Assembly: GCA_965215365.1 (NCBI GenBank)
Contig: CBDCDS010000003.1
Coordinates: forward strand, 224,001 to 288,000
DNA length: 64,000 nt
Reading direction: 5' to 3'
DNA from: Gammaproteobacteria bacterium
Lineage (GTDB): Bacteria; Pseudomonadota; Gammaproteobacteria; Eutrophobiales; Eutrophobiaceae
Part shown: positions 22,282 to 32,167 of the stretch, piece after piece
Position numbering within the stretch: the first letter of the stretch is position 1
How the letters are laid out: the number at the start of each line of letters is the position of its first letter
Translations under genes and position numbers: made by a program
Notes under the pieces: generated by a model
What the model saw: the letters and a program-made list of their open reading frames with translations, nothing else
What the model was told of the DNA's origin: nothing
Database searches by the model: none

Positions 22282-22731
22282 ATGAGCGAACTCAAAGACC
22301 GGATTAACGAAGACGTTAAATCTGCCATGCGCAGCAAGGACAAGGAGCGCCTTGCCGCGTTGCGCCTCATCACCGCCGCCATTAAACAAAGAGAAATAGA
22401 TGAGCGCATCAGTCTTGATGATGTGCAAGTCAGCGCGGTGCTCAATAAAATGGCGAAGCAGCAGCGCGACTCCATCGAACAATATGGCGCGGCGGGCCGT
22501 GCTGATCTGGTTAAAAAAGAGCAGTTTGAACTGGGTATCATCCTGGGTTACCTGCCGCAACCGCTGGACGCGGCAGAGATCAGCGCCAGGGTTGCTGAAG
22601 CCATTGCCGCCACCGGCGCAGTCGGCATGAAAGATATGGGTAAAGTGATGGGACAACTGAAGGCTGTGCTGCAAGGACGCGCAGACCTGGGCCAGGTCAG
22701 CGCGCTGGTAAAAGCCCGCCTGAATCAGTAG
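22282..22731 (+). CDS. GatB/YqeY domain protein
   Basis: KQQRDSIEQY..GRADL, YLPQPL, KDMGKVMG; between rpsU and dnaG. Confidence 0.93.
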   Translation: MSELKDRINEDVKSAMRSKDKERLAALRLITAAIKQREIDERISLDDVQVSAVLNKMAKQQRDSIEQYGAAGRADLVKKEQFELGIILGYLPQPLDAAEISARVAEAIAATGAVGMKDMGKVMGQLKAVLQGRADLGQVSALVKARLNQ

Positions 22732-22832
22732 TATGGTAACCTCTAAGAATGCCTCCGTGGCACCTAAGCAGAGACGGAAATGAAAAAGTATGATTTTTCA
22801 TTAGGGCTTTCCTATAAATTCCGGCAGCACTT

Positions 22833-24653
22833 ATGGCAGGCAGAATACCACAGCATTTTATCGATGACCTGCTGGCGCGGGCCGATATCGTTGAGGTGAT
22901 TGACAGCTACGTCCCGCTACGCAAGGCTGGTAAGAACCATCAGGCCCGTTGTCCGTTCCACGAAGAGAAGACGCCTTCGTTTACGGTAAACCAGGACAAG
23001 CAGTTCTACCACTGCTTCGGTTGCGGCGCCAATGGCACGGTCATCAACTTCCTGATGGAGCACAACGGCCTGGGTTTTGTTGAAGCCGTTGAAGATCTGG
23101 CCGGGCGTTACGGGCTGGAAATCCCCCGTGAGGCGGGCTATCAGCCCGAAGCAAAGCAGCACCTGGAGTTGTATGAATTACTGGAGCAGGCCGCGCGTTT
23201 TTACCGCAGCAACCTGCAACACCAGCAGGGCGAGGCGGACGCATACCTGCAAGGGCGCGGCCTCAGTCAGGCAATCATGGCGGATTATGAAATCGGCTAC
23301 GCGCCGCCGGGCTGGCAGAACCTGCTTAACGCGCTGGGCAAGACTGCCGTGATTAGAACCGGCATGATCGCGGCCGGCCTGATTAAAGCGCGGGAGTCCC
23401 AGGCTGGCGCCGCTGCCGGACACCCGTCTGTTCAAGCAACTGCCGGTGACACCAGCGGGTACTATGACCGGTTTCGCAACCGCATTATGTTCCCAATTCG
23501 TGACCCGCGCGGGCGCGTCATCGGGTTTGGGGGGCGGGCGCTGGATCCTGAGGACAATGCCAAATACCTGAATTCCCCGGAAACACCCTTGTTCCACAAG
23601 GGTCGAGAATTATACGGCCTGTTCCAGGCGCGTCGCCAGAAAAAAAAGCCTGACAGCTTGTACGTCGTGGAGGGCTATATGGACGTCGTGGCGCTGGCTC
23701 AACACGGCATCGGCAACGTGGTTGCCACCTTGGGCACTGCGGTAACGGAACACCACCTGAGGAAACTGTTCCAAGTCGTTAGCCGGATCGTCTTCTGCTT
23801 CGATGGCGATAACGCCGGCAGAACGGCGGCGCGGCGTTCCCTGGAAATCGCCATCCCCCTCCTCCAGGAGGGGCGGCAGGTCTTTTTTAAGTTTATGCCA
23901 CAGGGAGAAGACCCCGACAGCTTTGTCCGTCAACATGGCGCGCAGCGCTTCTGCGCTGATGAAAATACCGTGCCGCTGTCCGATTTTCTGCTGGATACCG
24001 TGCGGGCGGGAAGCGGCAATGCCACCCGCGAGGCGCGCGGAAATTTTCTCGACAACATGATGCCGTTCCTGAAAAAAATGCCTGCCAGCGGGCTGCGCCA
24101 GTTGCTGCTGCAGGAAGTCGCCGACGCCGCGCAAACCACGGTCGAGGAGTTGCGTCGGCAATTACTCGACAGGTCTGCGGACACAACACGCCGCACCCGG
24201 GTCGCACGGCTGCTGCGACAACAGGGTAGCAGGGAACAGATCAGCGTGCTGATTCAATACATTCTGCACCGGCCGGAACTGGCCATGCGGGTGGAGGACC
24301 CGGCAGCGCTATCGGGAGTATCCATGCCGGGGGTTGATTTTCTGCAGGAACTCGTCTCATTGGTACATGCAAACCCCGAAATAACCTGTGCCGGGTTACT
24401 GGAACGTTATCGCGCCTCGCGCTTTGAAGCCAGACTGAATGAACTTGCATCCGGCTTCGACCTGCCGACGACCGAGGAGTTTGATATGGAAGGCGAGTTT
24501 GTTGACAGAATGGAAAAACTGAAAGCGGTCAAATCACGGCAAGCCTGGGAAGAGGAGCTCGCCGGCAGCAAACCCAGCGACCTGTCGGACCAGGACAAAC
24601 AGCGCCTGCGGCAGCATTATTCCGCCGCCAGGAATAATAACGGCAAACAATAG
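22833..24653 (+). CDS. dnaG: DNA primase
   Basis: CPFHEEKTPSF..CFGC, DRFRNRIMFPI, KYLNSPET, VEGYMD, FDGDNAG. Confidence 0.97.
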   Translation: MAGRIPQHFIDDLLARADIVEVIDSYVPLRKAGKNHQARCPFHEEKTPSFTVNQDKQFYHCFGCGANGTVINFLMEHNGLGFVEAVEDLAGRYGLEIPREAGYQPEAKQHLELYELLEQAARFYRSNLQHQQGEADAYLQGRGLSQAIMADYEIGYAPPGWQNLLNALGKTAVIRTGMIAAGLIKARESQAGAAAGHPSVQATAGDTSGYYDRFRNRIMFPIRDPRGRVIGFGGRALDPEDNAKYLNSPETPLFHKGRELYGLFQARRQKKKPDSLYVVEGYMDVVALAQHGIGNVVATLGTAVTEHHLRKLFQVVSRIVFCFDGDNAGRTAARRSLEIAIPLLQEGRQVFFKFMPQGEDPDSFVRQHGAQRFCADENTVPLSDFLLDTVRAGSGNATREARGNFLDNMMPFLKKMPASGLRQLLLQEVADAAQTTVEELRRQLLDRSADTTRRTRVARLLRQQGSREQISVLIQYILHRPELAMRVEDPAALSGVSMPGVDFLQELVSLVHANPEITCAGLLERYRASRFEARLNELASGFDLPTTEEFDMEGEFVDRMEKLKAVKSRQAWEEELAGSKPSDLSDQDKQRLRQHYSAARNNNGKQ

Positions 24654-24732
24654 CGGCAGTGCGCCTTGGGCACCAATAACTGAGCATCACTCACCTGTTG
24701 CGCTCTGCAAATCATTTTCAGGATCAAACAGG

Positions 24733-25887
24733 TCATCGATGCGATGTCCCTTGGTTGATTAAGAACAAAAATTCCTGATTTTTTTGTTCGGACTCCCTGA
24801 TCCATTCATTGGTCCATTTCATATTCGCCATAACATTTTTCTGGTAGTCGATTTTCCTTACCTCCACCAGTTCCCCGTTGTTTTTTAGAATGTTATTCAG
24901 TTCTGCTGCTGTGCTTCTGCCAGTTGAACTGTATGACAACAATACCCATTCTGCGCGAGTTTTTTGTATCAATTTTTCTATTGCTTCCACAGCGACATAT
25001 CTGCCAGATGCAGAATTTTTTCTAAATTCTTCAAACACGGAACCAGAAATTTTGTCGGAAGTGTCGCTCCGTCGATTGGCTTTGCCGAATACATCGGGTT
25101 TATCGTTCAGGCAAATTGTAGTCCATGGATGATAGTAAGACGCATATCGAACGCGAGACGGAGGCATTTTTTCATTGTTTGAACCGTATGGGGGATCGTA
25201 GTACGCTAAGTCAACATCACTCCCTGCCACATCGAAAACATCTTTGCGCAAAACCATGTGCTCCAAATCATGTTCGAAGACCTTTGGAACCTCGAGGCAT
25301 AATTCTTTGTATGATCTGGGAGACCACTCTTTTAAGTAGGAAACATAGTGACCTAAAGTGCTGTCAACTTTGTCCAAAGCGAGTATCAAACTTGTTAATG
25401 CCACGGACTCTTCAATGGGAGATAAACACAATTCATCTATTCTGTTTCTTATGCCGTCCAATTTCATCGTGTTGTGAATTTGCCAGGGTTTTTTGAATCC
25501 ATTACTTTGAGTCGAGCTCCCTCCATTGGCATGGCCGCCGTAATAATTTGTAAACCAGCCTTCTATCGGTCGTGTGGCGTTCAGTTCTTCGATAAGATCT
25601 TTGTATGCGTGCGCAGGCTTTCGGCTTAACAGATAACATGTACCAAAAACTTCAGACCAAACAGCCATATCGTTGCAGACAACTTCGTAGCCGGATTTTG
25701 CCAAACATTGCGATACACGGGTAGAACCGGAAAAACCGTCAAGAACAGTCTTGGCGGATGTCTTGGAAATCGTATCCAGGATGTAGGGAATCAACTTGAG
25801 TTTTGAACCGGCATACTTGATCCCTTCCGTTTCAGGAATATCCAGGGCACAATCGTCGAATAATGGGATTGTAGAACCCCGGATCAT
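24733..25887 (-). CDS. DNA adenine methyltransferase (D12/alpha class)
   Basis: KYAGSK, LDGFSGSTRVS, YYDPPY; AT-rich. Confidence 0.88.
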   Translation of the reverse strand: MIRGSTIPLFDDCALDIPETEGIKYAGSKLKLIPYILDTISKTSAKTVLDGFSGSTRVSQCLAKSGYEVVCNDMAVWSEVFGTCYLLSRKPAHAYKDLIEELNATRPIEGWFTNYYGGHANGGSSTQSNGFKKPWQIHNTMKLDGIRNRIDELCLSPIEESVALTSLILALDKVDSTLGHYVSYLKEWSPRSYKELCLEVPKVFEHDLEHMVLRKDVFDVAGSDVDLAYYDPPYGSNNEKMPPSRVRYASYYHPWTTICLNDKPDVFGKANRRSDTSDKISGSVFEEFRKNSASGRYVAVEAIEKLIQKTRAEWVLLSYSSTGRSTAAELNNILKNNGELVEVRKIDYQKNVMANMKWTNEWIRESEQKNQEFLFLINQGTSHR

Positions 25888-26269
25888 ATATTTTCCCTCT
25901 TTCGTATCTTCTCAATATCTTCTTGCACTCTTTTCAATGCTTCAGAGTGGCCAGTATCGCTCGACACAAGAGCGTGAGAAAATAACTTCACCAATACTTG
26001 ATTATGCGAATAATCAATCCAACCATTAGTGACACTTTCAAAATACTTCATTCCATTCTGAATAAGTCTTTTCCAACATGAGTGGCTCGAAAATCGTACA
26101 TATATTGGTTGACAAATTCACTAATCGCAATTTCGGCCAAATCTCCGTGTGTTTTATTGCCGATCAATCTCATTGTGAATATATTGCTCAAAGTGGTTGT
26201 TATCAATGATGGGTGCTTTTTTATCAGCAGTTTCAACCTTTTAATGAAATTCTTGTAAGAATCAGACAT
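25884..26269 (-). pseudogene. probable Type II restriction endonuclease with internal deletion (two fragments, 26048-26269 and 25884-26051)
   Basis: 73-aa fragment (..GNKTHGDLAEIAISEF..) and out-of-frame 55-aa fragment (..TNGWIDYSHN..) whose stop overlaps the MTase ATG. Confidence 0.55.
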
Positions 26270-26490
26270 TCTCGTTCCTTGTTGGTTGATCAATCTCAGG
26301 TTGCTTGAGGAAATGAAAGATGAGCATATAGTACTTTATTCGGTATCTGGTTGTCCAAATCCAGACATTCTCAATGAGTGTCAGGGAAATAGTTTGGATT
26401 TTTACAGGCTGTAGTAGCCTGCGACAATGCTGATCTTTTACGGATATGGAATTTGCAGCAGCCTGATCAGCATGCGGAGTGCTTGCAAGA

Positions 26491-26518
26491 TTCACCTGCT
26501 GTCGATATGTGCTATACT
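26491..26518 (+). promoter_or_regulatory. putative sigma70 extended -10 promoter for rpoD
   Basis: TTCACC-16-TATACT with TG at 26510-26511. Confidence 0.45.
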
Positions 26519-26617
26519 AGCGGATTATTTCAAAGGCGCCTTTAATTCAGCCCTTGTAATGGCTGAGTGATGGTCGCATAAGTAACCTGACCACCTGATA
26601 ACCGAATACACACGCCT

Positions 26618-28459
26618 ATGTCGGATATTGAGACACTTGACGAAGAACACGAGCACGACGATGATGATGAGTCGCAGCTGAAACTGTTGATTGCGAAGGG
26701 TAAGGAACAGGGCTTCGTTACTTACCACGAAATCACGGAGCACCTGCCGGATGAGATAGTTGATCCGGAACAGATAGAGGACATCATCAACATGATCGCG
26801 GATATGGGCATCGAAGTCCATGAGTTCCCGCCGGATCTGGACCAGTTGCTGCCGAGTAATTCAGACTCCTCGGACGGTGCCAGCGCGCCCCTGATCAGTG
26901 TTGAAAGTGAGCTCGGCAGGACCACTGACCCGGTGCGTATGTACATGCGGGAAATGGGCACCGTTGACCTGTTGACGCGCCAGGGCGAGATAAAAATTGC
27001 CAAACGTATTGAGGCGGGCATGAACCAGGTCCTGTTTGCGCTGTCTCAGTACCCCGGCACTATCGACAGGTTGCTCGATGCATATCAGGGTGTTCAGAAC
27101 AAGGAACAGAAATTAAGCGATGTCATTCTTGGCTTCTCAGCTCAGGACGAGTACCCGGACAGCGGCCTGCCGGCCAAGCCCAAGAAACAATCGTCGCGCC
27201 AGAACCAGGATGATGATACCAGTGACAGCGACAATGATGATGGCCTGGACCTGGAAGAAGTGCGCGCGGCAATCACCGGGCTGGGCAACCTCTACAAGAG
27301 GCTGGTCACATCCATAAAACGCAAGGGCAAGGACCATAAAGCCACCGTACTGATACAGGATGACATCACCGAAAAGTTCCTGAAATTGCGGCTCGCGCCC
27401 AAATTCATCACCGGCCTGACGACCAACGTGCGTAGCACCATCGATATGATTCGCAAGACCGAGCGCGAAGTCATGCGCCTGTGCGTGAAAACGGCCCTTA
27501 TGCCGCGCAAGGATTTCATCGCCTGCTTCCCCGGCAATGAGACCGAGGTCAAGTGGATCAAGCAGCGTATTGAAAGTGATGCTCCCTACGCGCAAAAGCT
27601 GACAGAGGTGCAACAACAGGTCATCGGTATCCAGGAAAAATTAGCTGCGACGCTGGACAGGAATTTGCTTTCTGTGGCGGCCATCAAGGAGGTTAACAAG
27701 AAAATCTCCATCGGCGAGGCGAAGATGCGCAAGGCAAAAAAGGAAATGGTAGAGGCCAACTTGCGCCTGGTCATTTCCATCGCCAAGAAATATACCAATC
27801 GCGGCCTGCTGTTTCTGGACCTGATCCAGGAGGGCAATATCGGCCTGATGAAGGCGGTGGACAAATTTGAATACCGGCGTGGATACAAGTTCTCCACCTA
27901 TGCAACCTGGTGGATTCGCCAGGCCATTACTCGTTCCATTGCCGATCAGGCCAGGACGATACGCATCCCGGTGCACATGATTGAGACTATCAACAAGCTC
28001 AACCGGATCTCGCGCCAGATACTGCAGGAACAAGGTCGGGAAGCCACCCCGGAGGAGCTGTCAGAGAAGATGGAAATGCCCGAAGAAAAGGTGCGCAAGG
28101 TGCTCAAGATAGCCAAGGAACCCATTTCCATGGAAACGCCCATCGGTGACGACGACGATTCCCACTTGGGCGATTTTATTGAAGATCTGGGGACGCAGGC
28201 ACCGGCCGATTATGCCAATTTTGAAGGTCTGAAGCAGACCATGAAGGACTCGCTCAACGGCTTGACCTCGCGCGAGGCCAAGGTGTTGCGCATGCGCTTC
28301 GGTATCGAGATGAACACCGACCACACCTTAGAAGAGGTAGGTAAGCAATTTGATGTAACCCGTGAGCGCATCCGCCAGATCGAAGCCAAGGCCTTACGCA
28401 AGCTGCGCCACCCCAGCCGCTCGGAGCAACTGCGCACGTTTACTGAAAGAAACAGTTGA
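26618..28459 (+). CDS. rpoD: RNA polymerase sigma factor RpoD
   Basis: Region 1.1, [45 protein letters not shown]. Confidence 0.98.
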   Translation: MSDIETLDEEHEHDDDDESQLKLLIAKGKEQGFVTYHEITEHLPDEIVDPEQIEDIINMIADMGIEVHEFPPDLDQLLPSNSDSSDGASAPLISVESELGRTTDPVRMYMREMGTVDLLTRQGEIKIAKRIEAGMNQVLFALSQYPGTIDRLLDAYQGVQNKEQKLSDVILGFSAQDEYPDSGLPAKPKKQSSRQNQDDDTSDSDNDDGLDLEEVRAAITGLGNLYKRLVTSIKRKGKDHKATVLIQDDITEKFLKLRLAPKFITGLTTNVRSTIDMIRKTEREVMRLCVKTALMPRKDFIACFPGNETEVKWIKQRIESDAPYAQKLTEVQQQVIGIQEKLAATLDRNLLSVAAIKEVNKKISIGEAKMRKAKKEMVEANLRLVISIAKKYTNRGLLFLDLIQEGNIGLMKAVDKFEYRRGYKFSTYATWWIRQAITRSIADQARTIRIPVHMIETINKLNRISRQILQEQGREATPEELSEKMEMPEEKVRKVLKIAKEPISMETPIGDDDDSHLGDFIEDLGTQAPADYANFEGLKQTMKDSLNGLTSREAKVLRMRFGIEMNTDHTLEEVGKQFDVTRERIRQIEAKALRKLRHPSRSEQLRTFTERNS

Positions 28460-28551
28460 CAGCAACGGCGGATTTGAGTACAAGGAACTCAGGTTACCTT
28501 AAGAACCTGCGACAATATGACGAACCTGCTATATTATAAAAGGAGTGAAAA

Positions 28552-28767
28552 ATGACTTACGTTGACAAGCCGGACTGGCAAAAGTCCCTGGAACATCACG
28601 AAGAACTGTGCAAGGAACAGTATCGGGCAGCATACAAGGAGATGCAGTTCATGCGGGAAGATATGCGCGAGATGCGTGTCGAAATGCGCAGCAACTTCCG
28701 TTGGCTGGTCGGCATCATACTGGCGTGGCCGCCGCTGTTCATTGCCGCCTTGAAACTGGTTGCCTGA
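28552..28767 (+). CDS. small coiled-coil + C-terminal TM protein, copy 1
   Basis: AAGGAG RBS; HEELCKEQY, helical repeats, hydrophobic tail; adjacent paralogue. Confidence 0.75.
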   Translation: MTYVDKPDWQKSLEHHEELCKEQYRAAYKEMQFMREDMREMRVEMRSNFRWLVGIILAWPPLFIAALKLVA

Positions 28768-28804
28768 TGTTTTAGGAACTGCCACCCTATAAAAGGAGTG
28801 AAAA

Positions 28805-29008
28805 ATGACTTACGTTGACAAACCGGACTGGCAAAAGTCCCTGGAACATCACGAAGAACTGTGCAAGGAACAGTACCGGGGAATACGCATGGAGATGCAA
28901 CTCATGCGAGAAGACATTCGCGAGATTCGCAGTTCCCTGCGCTGGCTGGTCGGCATCGTGCTGGCGTGGCCGCCGGTGCTGATAGCCGCCCTGCAGTTAA
29001 TCGGCTGA
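28805..29008 (+). CDS. small coiled-coil + C-terminal TM protein, copy 2
   Basis: First 25 aa identical to copy 1; same RBS. Confidence 0.75.
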   Translation: MTYVDKPDWQKSLEHHEELCKEQYRGIRMEMQLMREDIREIRSSLRWLVGIVLAWPPVLIAALQLIG

Positions 29009-29020
29009 TACTGGTAATCC

Positions 29021-29097
29021 GGGCCTGTAGCTCAGTGGGTTAGAGCAGTGGACTCATAATCCATTGGTCGCAGGTTCGAATCCTGCCGGGCCCACCA
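29021..29097 (+). tRNA. ileX: tRNA-Ile2 (CAU anticodon, lysidine type)
   Basis: Cloverleaf GGGCCTG..CGGGCCC-ACCA, anticodon CAT, TTCGAAT; conserved position after rpoD. Confidence 0.88.
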
Positions 29098-29109
29098 CGC
29101 AAATGCACA

Positions 29110-29751
29110 TTACGGTGCCAGTCTGACAATTTTCCACCCTGCATCATCCCTGGTGTACAACAACCGATCATGGAGTCGGTTTTCCCGGCCCTGCCAGAAT
29201 TCGATACGTTCCGGCGCAACCCGGTAGCCGACCCAAGTGGGGGGGCGGGGGATGGTATCGTGCGGGTATTGTTCTGCTATTTCTTTCATCCTGTGTTCCA
29301 GAAACGCCCGGCTTGCCACTTCGGCGCTCTGGTCTGCCACATGGACAGCGAGGCGGCTGCCGCGCGGGCGGGTGTTGAAGTAGGCGTCTGCTTCTGCATC
29401 GGTGAGCAGGTGTGCTGTGCCTTCTATCCGTACTTGGCGGTGCATCTGTGTCCAGTAAAATACCAGGGCAACTTCGGGGTTTTCCAGCAGCTGCCGGCCC
29501 TTGGCGCTGACGGCATGGGTGTAAAAGGAAAAGCCCTGGGCGCTGATGTCCTTTAACAGCACAAAACGCACACCGGGCTTGCCGTCCTTCGTGGCCGTCG
29601 CCAGTGCCATGGCGTTGGGAAACGGCACGCCGCAGTCAACCGCCTGCGCGAACCAGCGCTTGAACTGTTCCACCGCATCGTGGTGCGCGTCCTGTTCCAG
29701 CAATGGCAGGTGGCGGTATTCCTCCCGCAGGTCTGCAAGGTTGTCGGTCAT
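29110..29751 (-). CDS. pdxH: pyridoxine/pyridoxamine 5'-phosphate oxidase
   Basis: NAMALAT, RFVLLK, RQVRIEG, EFWQGRENRLHDR. Confidence 0.95.
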   Translation of the reverse strand: MTDNLADLREEYRHLPLLEQDAHHDAVEQFKRWFAQAVDCGVPFPNAMALATATKDGKPGVRFVLLKDISAQGFSFYTHAVSAKGRQLLENPEVALVFYWTQMHRQVRIEGTAHLLTDAEADAYFNTRPRGSRLAVHVADQSAEVASRAFLEHRMKEIAEQYPHDTIPRPPTWVGYRVAPERIEFWQGRENRLHDRLLYTRDDAGWKIVRLAP

Positions 29752-30050
29752 GGATTATTGCCTCGAAAAATACCTTCGGCGTCACGCGAACCGTGCAACA
29801 CACGAACGATGATGATCTCCAAATCGGTTACAGTGTAGTAAATCACATAGTCTTTGAAAAAATGTGCGCGTAGCCCTGTTGCCAGATAATCCCGCTTTGA
29901 CCCCATTTCCGGGTGACTTAACAATGGGTCGAACTTTTCCCGTAGTTTCTCTATAAACTTCGAGGCATGAACAGGACTATCCAGAGCAATGTAACCCCAG
30001 ATATCGACGAGATCATTTTCAGCACTGTCTGTTATTCGGAGAGATTTAAT
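29748..30050 (-). CDS. ParE/RelE family toxin, only an ATT start available (possible pseudogene)
   Basis: Manual translation IKSLRITDSAENDLVDIWGYIALDS..HPEMGSKR..YVIYY..IVRVLHGSRD, 100 aa; absent from ORF track. Confidence 0.8.
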   Translation of the reverse strand: MKSLRITDSAENDLVDIWGYIALDSPVHASKFIEKLREKFDPLLSHPEMGSKRDYLATGLRAHFFKDYVIYYTVTDLEIIIVRVLHGSRDAEGIFRGNNP

Positions 30051-30307
30051 CGTTTTTCTCCTTTGGCAACGATTCTGCCGGTATCGAAGTCCTGTACGCG
30101 TCCTTTATCGATGTCATCAATGCCTTCGGATATATCCTGACACAAGGCATCCAGGCTGCGCTGCTGTGTAAGTTGTTTCATGCGCCAGTCATGCAATGCT
30201 TCTTTGATAACTTCACAGTCAGAGGCATAAAGCCCCCCCCGCACGGCTGCCTTAATAGTTTTTGCCATGTCCGAAGTCAGTGTTACGATTATACGTTCGA
30301 TGCTCAT
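30032..30307 (-). CDS. ParD-like RHH antitoxin
   Basis: VRGGLYASDCEVIKEAL..ISEGIDDIDKGR; directly upstream of ParE. Confidence 0.85.
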   Translation of the reverse strand: MSIERIIVTLTSDMAKTIKAAVRGGLYASDCEVIKEALHDWRMKQLTQQRSLDALCQDISEGIDDIDKGRVQDFDTGRIVAKGEKRLNLSE

Positions 30308-30310
30308 GTA

Positions 30311-32167
30311 TTATCCTGTATTGTTCGGGATAGTAGCATACATCGTTTCATCACCGGCGATGTTACGGATTTTTATGCGTAGCGGGGGTTGTTTGGCGGT
30401 GATTGTGCCGTCCCAGAATTGTCTAGTTTGCTTGCCGTCAATGGTAGCGTAGCCGTGCTTGTCGATTTTGACTTCATGGCTGCTGTGCCAGGGGCCGTCG
30501 GCATTGTCACAATCAACGGCGAGCCATTCGATCAGTTCCAGTCCGTCCTCGCTCAGCAACAGAGGCTTGGCATTATCGCTGCTTGTCAGTTGTCTCTTTT
30601 CGTTATATTCGGTGATTTTCTGTTGCAAGCGGTCGCTGTAGAACTCAGTGACCCGGATGCTGAAGCCGGTTTCCTGCTCAGTGATGCTGACGCGAAACTC
30701 ATCATTGCTGATGACATGATCCAGCACGGTCTTCAAATCCCGCAGCTCTATATCGGTGAGGGTGAGATTGTACTCGCGAATAAAATTTTCCAGTTCTTTC
30801 CTATCGTCAATATCGGCGTAATAGGCGATGGCTTTCTTCGGCGGCGGGTCGAAATCCAGTTTTTGCAGCTCTTCGTTGATGATGCGATTGACCGCCGGCA
30901 CGTCCAGCGCTTTTTCGCTGCTGTTGACCAGATCGGGGACATACACGGGGATAATGCCCAGTTTGCTGTCGTCAATGGCGCCGAACCAGAAATCGCCAAG
31001 ACCTTCGACCTGTTGCTGCAAGCCGGGAATCAGTTGTGCCAGCTTGTCCATAGTCTGTTGCGGGTTGCGAAACAGGCTGACGCCGTCTTTTATGTCCAGC
31101 ACCTGAAAACCTGCGCCGGCAGCGGCCAGATCGTCGCGGGTGGTTTGCAGGCTGTTGATGCCGACATCGCAATGGATGAATTTCCGGCCCAGGTCGTGGG
31201 CCACCTTGGCGGTGACACCGCTGCCACCGAAAAAATCGGCGACGATCATACCTTCATCCGAGCTGGCTTTGATGATGCGTTCAAGCAGGGCTTTGGGTTT
31301 TTGGGTTACATATCCGGTATTTTCTATCGAATTACCCTGGACCGGATGCAAGTCCGACCATACGTCACCCGGGTTTTTTCCATTTTCAAATAAATCCTCC
31401 TCCCCGGTGCTGTACCGGGCCTCGCCACGTTTAGCTCTTGCTATCGTTTCCGGGTTGTATTCGACCCCGATCTCTTTGCGGTTAAAAATAATGTGTTCCG
31501 ATTTGGAATACCAAAAAATCGTTTGATGTTTTCTTCCAAAATTACCATTTCCACTTGCTCCTTTAATAAAATGCCAGATAATTTCATTCTTGAAATTCTC
31601 CTCCCCAAACACCTCATCCATCAATATTTTAACGTAATGCCCAATGTGCCAGTCCAGGTGCACATAGATGCTGGCGGTCTCCGACATGACGGATTTGATC
31701 GCCATCAGGTTCTCATACATCCAGTTCAAGTAATCCTCTTTCTGCCAGATGTCACCGTACATGGTTTCCTCAAGCGCCTGTAGCCCTTCCTGCTCCAGTT
31801 CCCGCTCAGCCTGGGCGACCGGGTCCGACTGCTGCGGATTACGCCGCAGATACACCTTCTTGGCATAATTGGCGCCACTGGCAAAGGGCGGGTCGATATA
31901 TACCAGGTCCACAGCAATGCCCTGGTCTTTCAGGTAGGCGCAGGCAGACAGGCACTCGCCGCGTAACAACAGGTTGTTCCAGTCATGGTTATCCCCACCG
32001 ACCTGCTCAACCAGCTCCAGGTCATAGTACGGCAGGCCACGCTGTATCTTCTCCACCACCTTGTTGTTATCACGGTAGCGCAACAGGCGCTCACTGCGCG
32101 GGATGTTATTCAACAAGGCCTGACCTGCTATCGGGTCCGGCAGGTAGGGGATATATTTAACCGGCAT
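30311..32167 (-). CDS. Type III-like site-specific DNA methyltransferase (Mod)
   Basis: VYIDPPF, TQKPKALLERII, ADFFGGSGVT (beta-class order); start MPVKY overlaps Res end. Confidence 0.87.
   Translation of the reverse strand: MPVKYIPYLPDPIAGQALLNNIPRSERLLRYRDNNKVVEKIQRGLPYYDLELVEQVGGDNHDWNNLLLRGECLSACAYLKDQGIAVDLVYIDPPFASGANYAKKVYLRRNPQQSDPVAQAERELEQEGLQALEETMYGDIWQKEDYLNWMYENLMAIKSVMSETASIYVHLDWHIGHYVKILMDEVFGEENFKNEIIWHFIKGASGNGNFGRKHQTIFWYSKSEHIIFNRKEIGVEYNPETIARAKRGEARYSTGEEDLFENGKNPGDVWSDLHPVQGNSIENTGYVTQKPKALLERIIKASSDEGMIVADFFGGSGVTAKVAHDLGRKFIHCDVGINSLQTTRDDLAAAGAGFQVLDIKDGVSLFRNPQQTMDKLAQLIPGLQQQVEGLGDFWFGAIDDSKLGIIPVYVPDLVNSSEKALDVPAVNRIINEELQKLDFDPPPKKAIAYYADIDDRKELENFIREYNLTLTDIELRDLKTVLDHVISNDEFRVSITEQETGFSIRVTEFYSDRLQQKITEYNEKRQLTSSDNAKPLLLSEDGLELIEWLAVDCDNADGPWHSSHEVKIDKHGYATIDGKQTRQFWDGTITAKQPPLRIKIRNIAGDETMYATIPNNTG

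Noticed and set aside
26262-26495. 77-aa ORF upstream of the endonuclease remnant as a controller (C) protein
   Set aside because: No HTH pattern or RBS recognised.
28535-29008. CRISPR-like or att-site repeats near the tRNA
   Set aside because: The repeat is a two-copy gene duplication; no spacer array or cas genes are seen in the window.
30311-32167. Phase-variable mod gene
   Set aside because: No simple-sequence repeat tract seen in or upstream of the gene.
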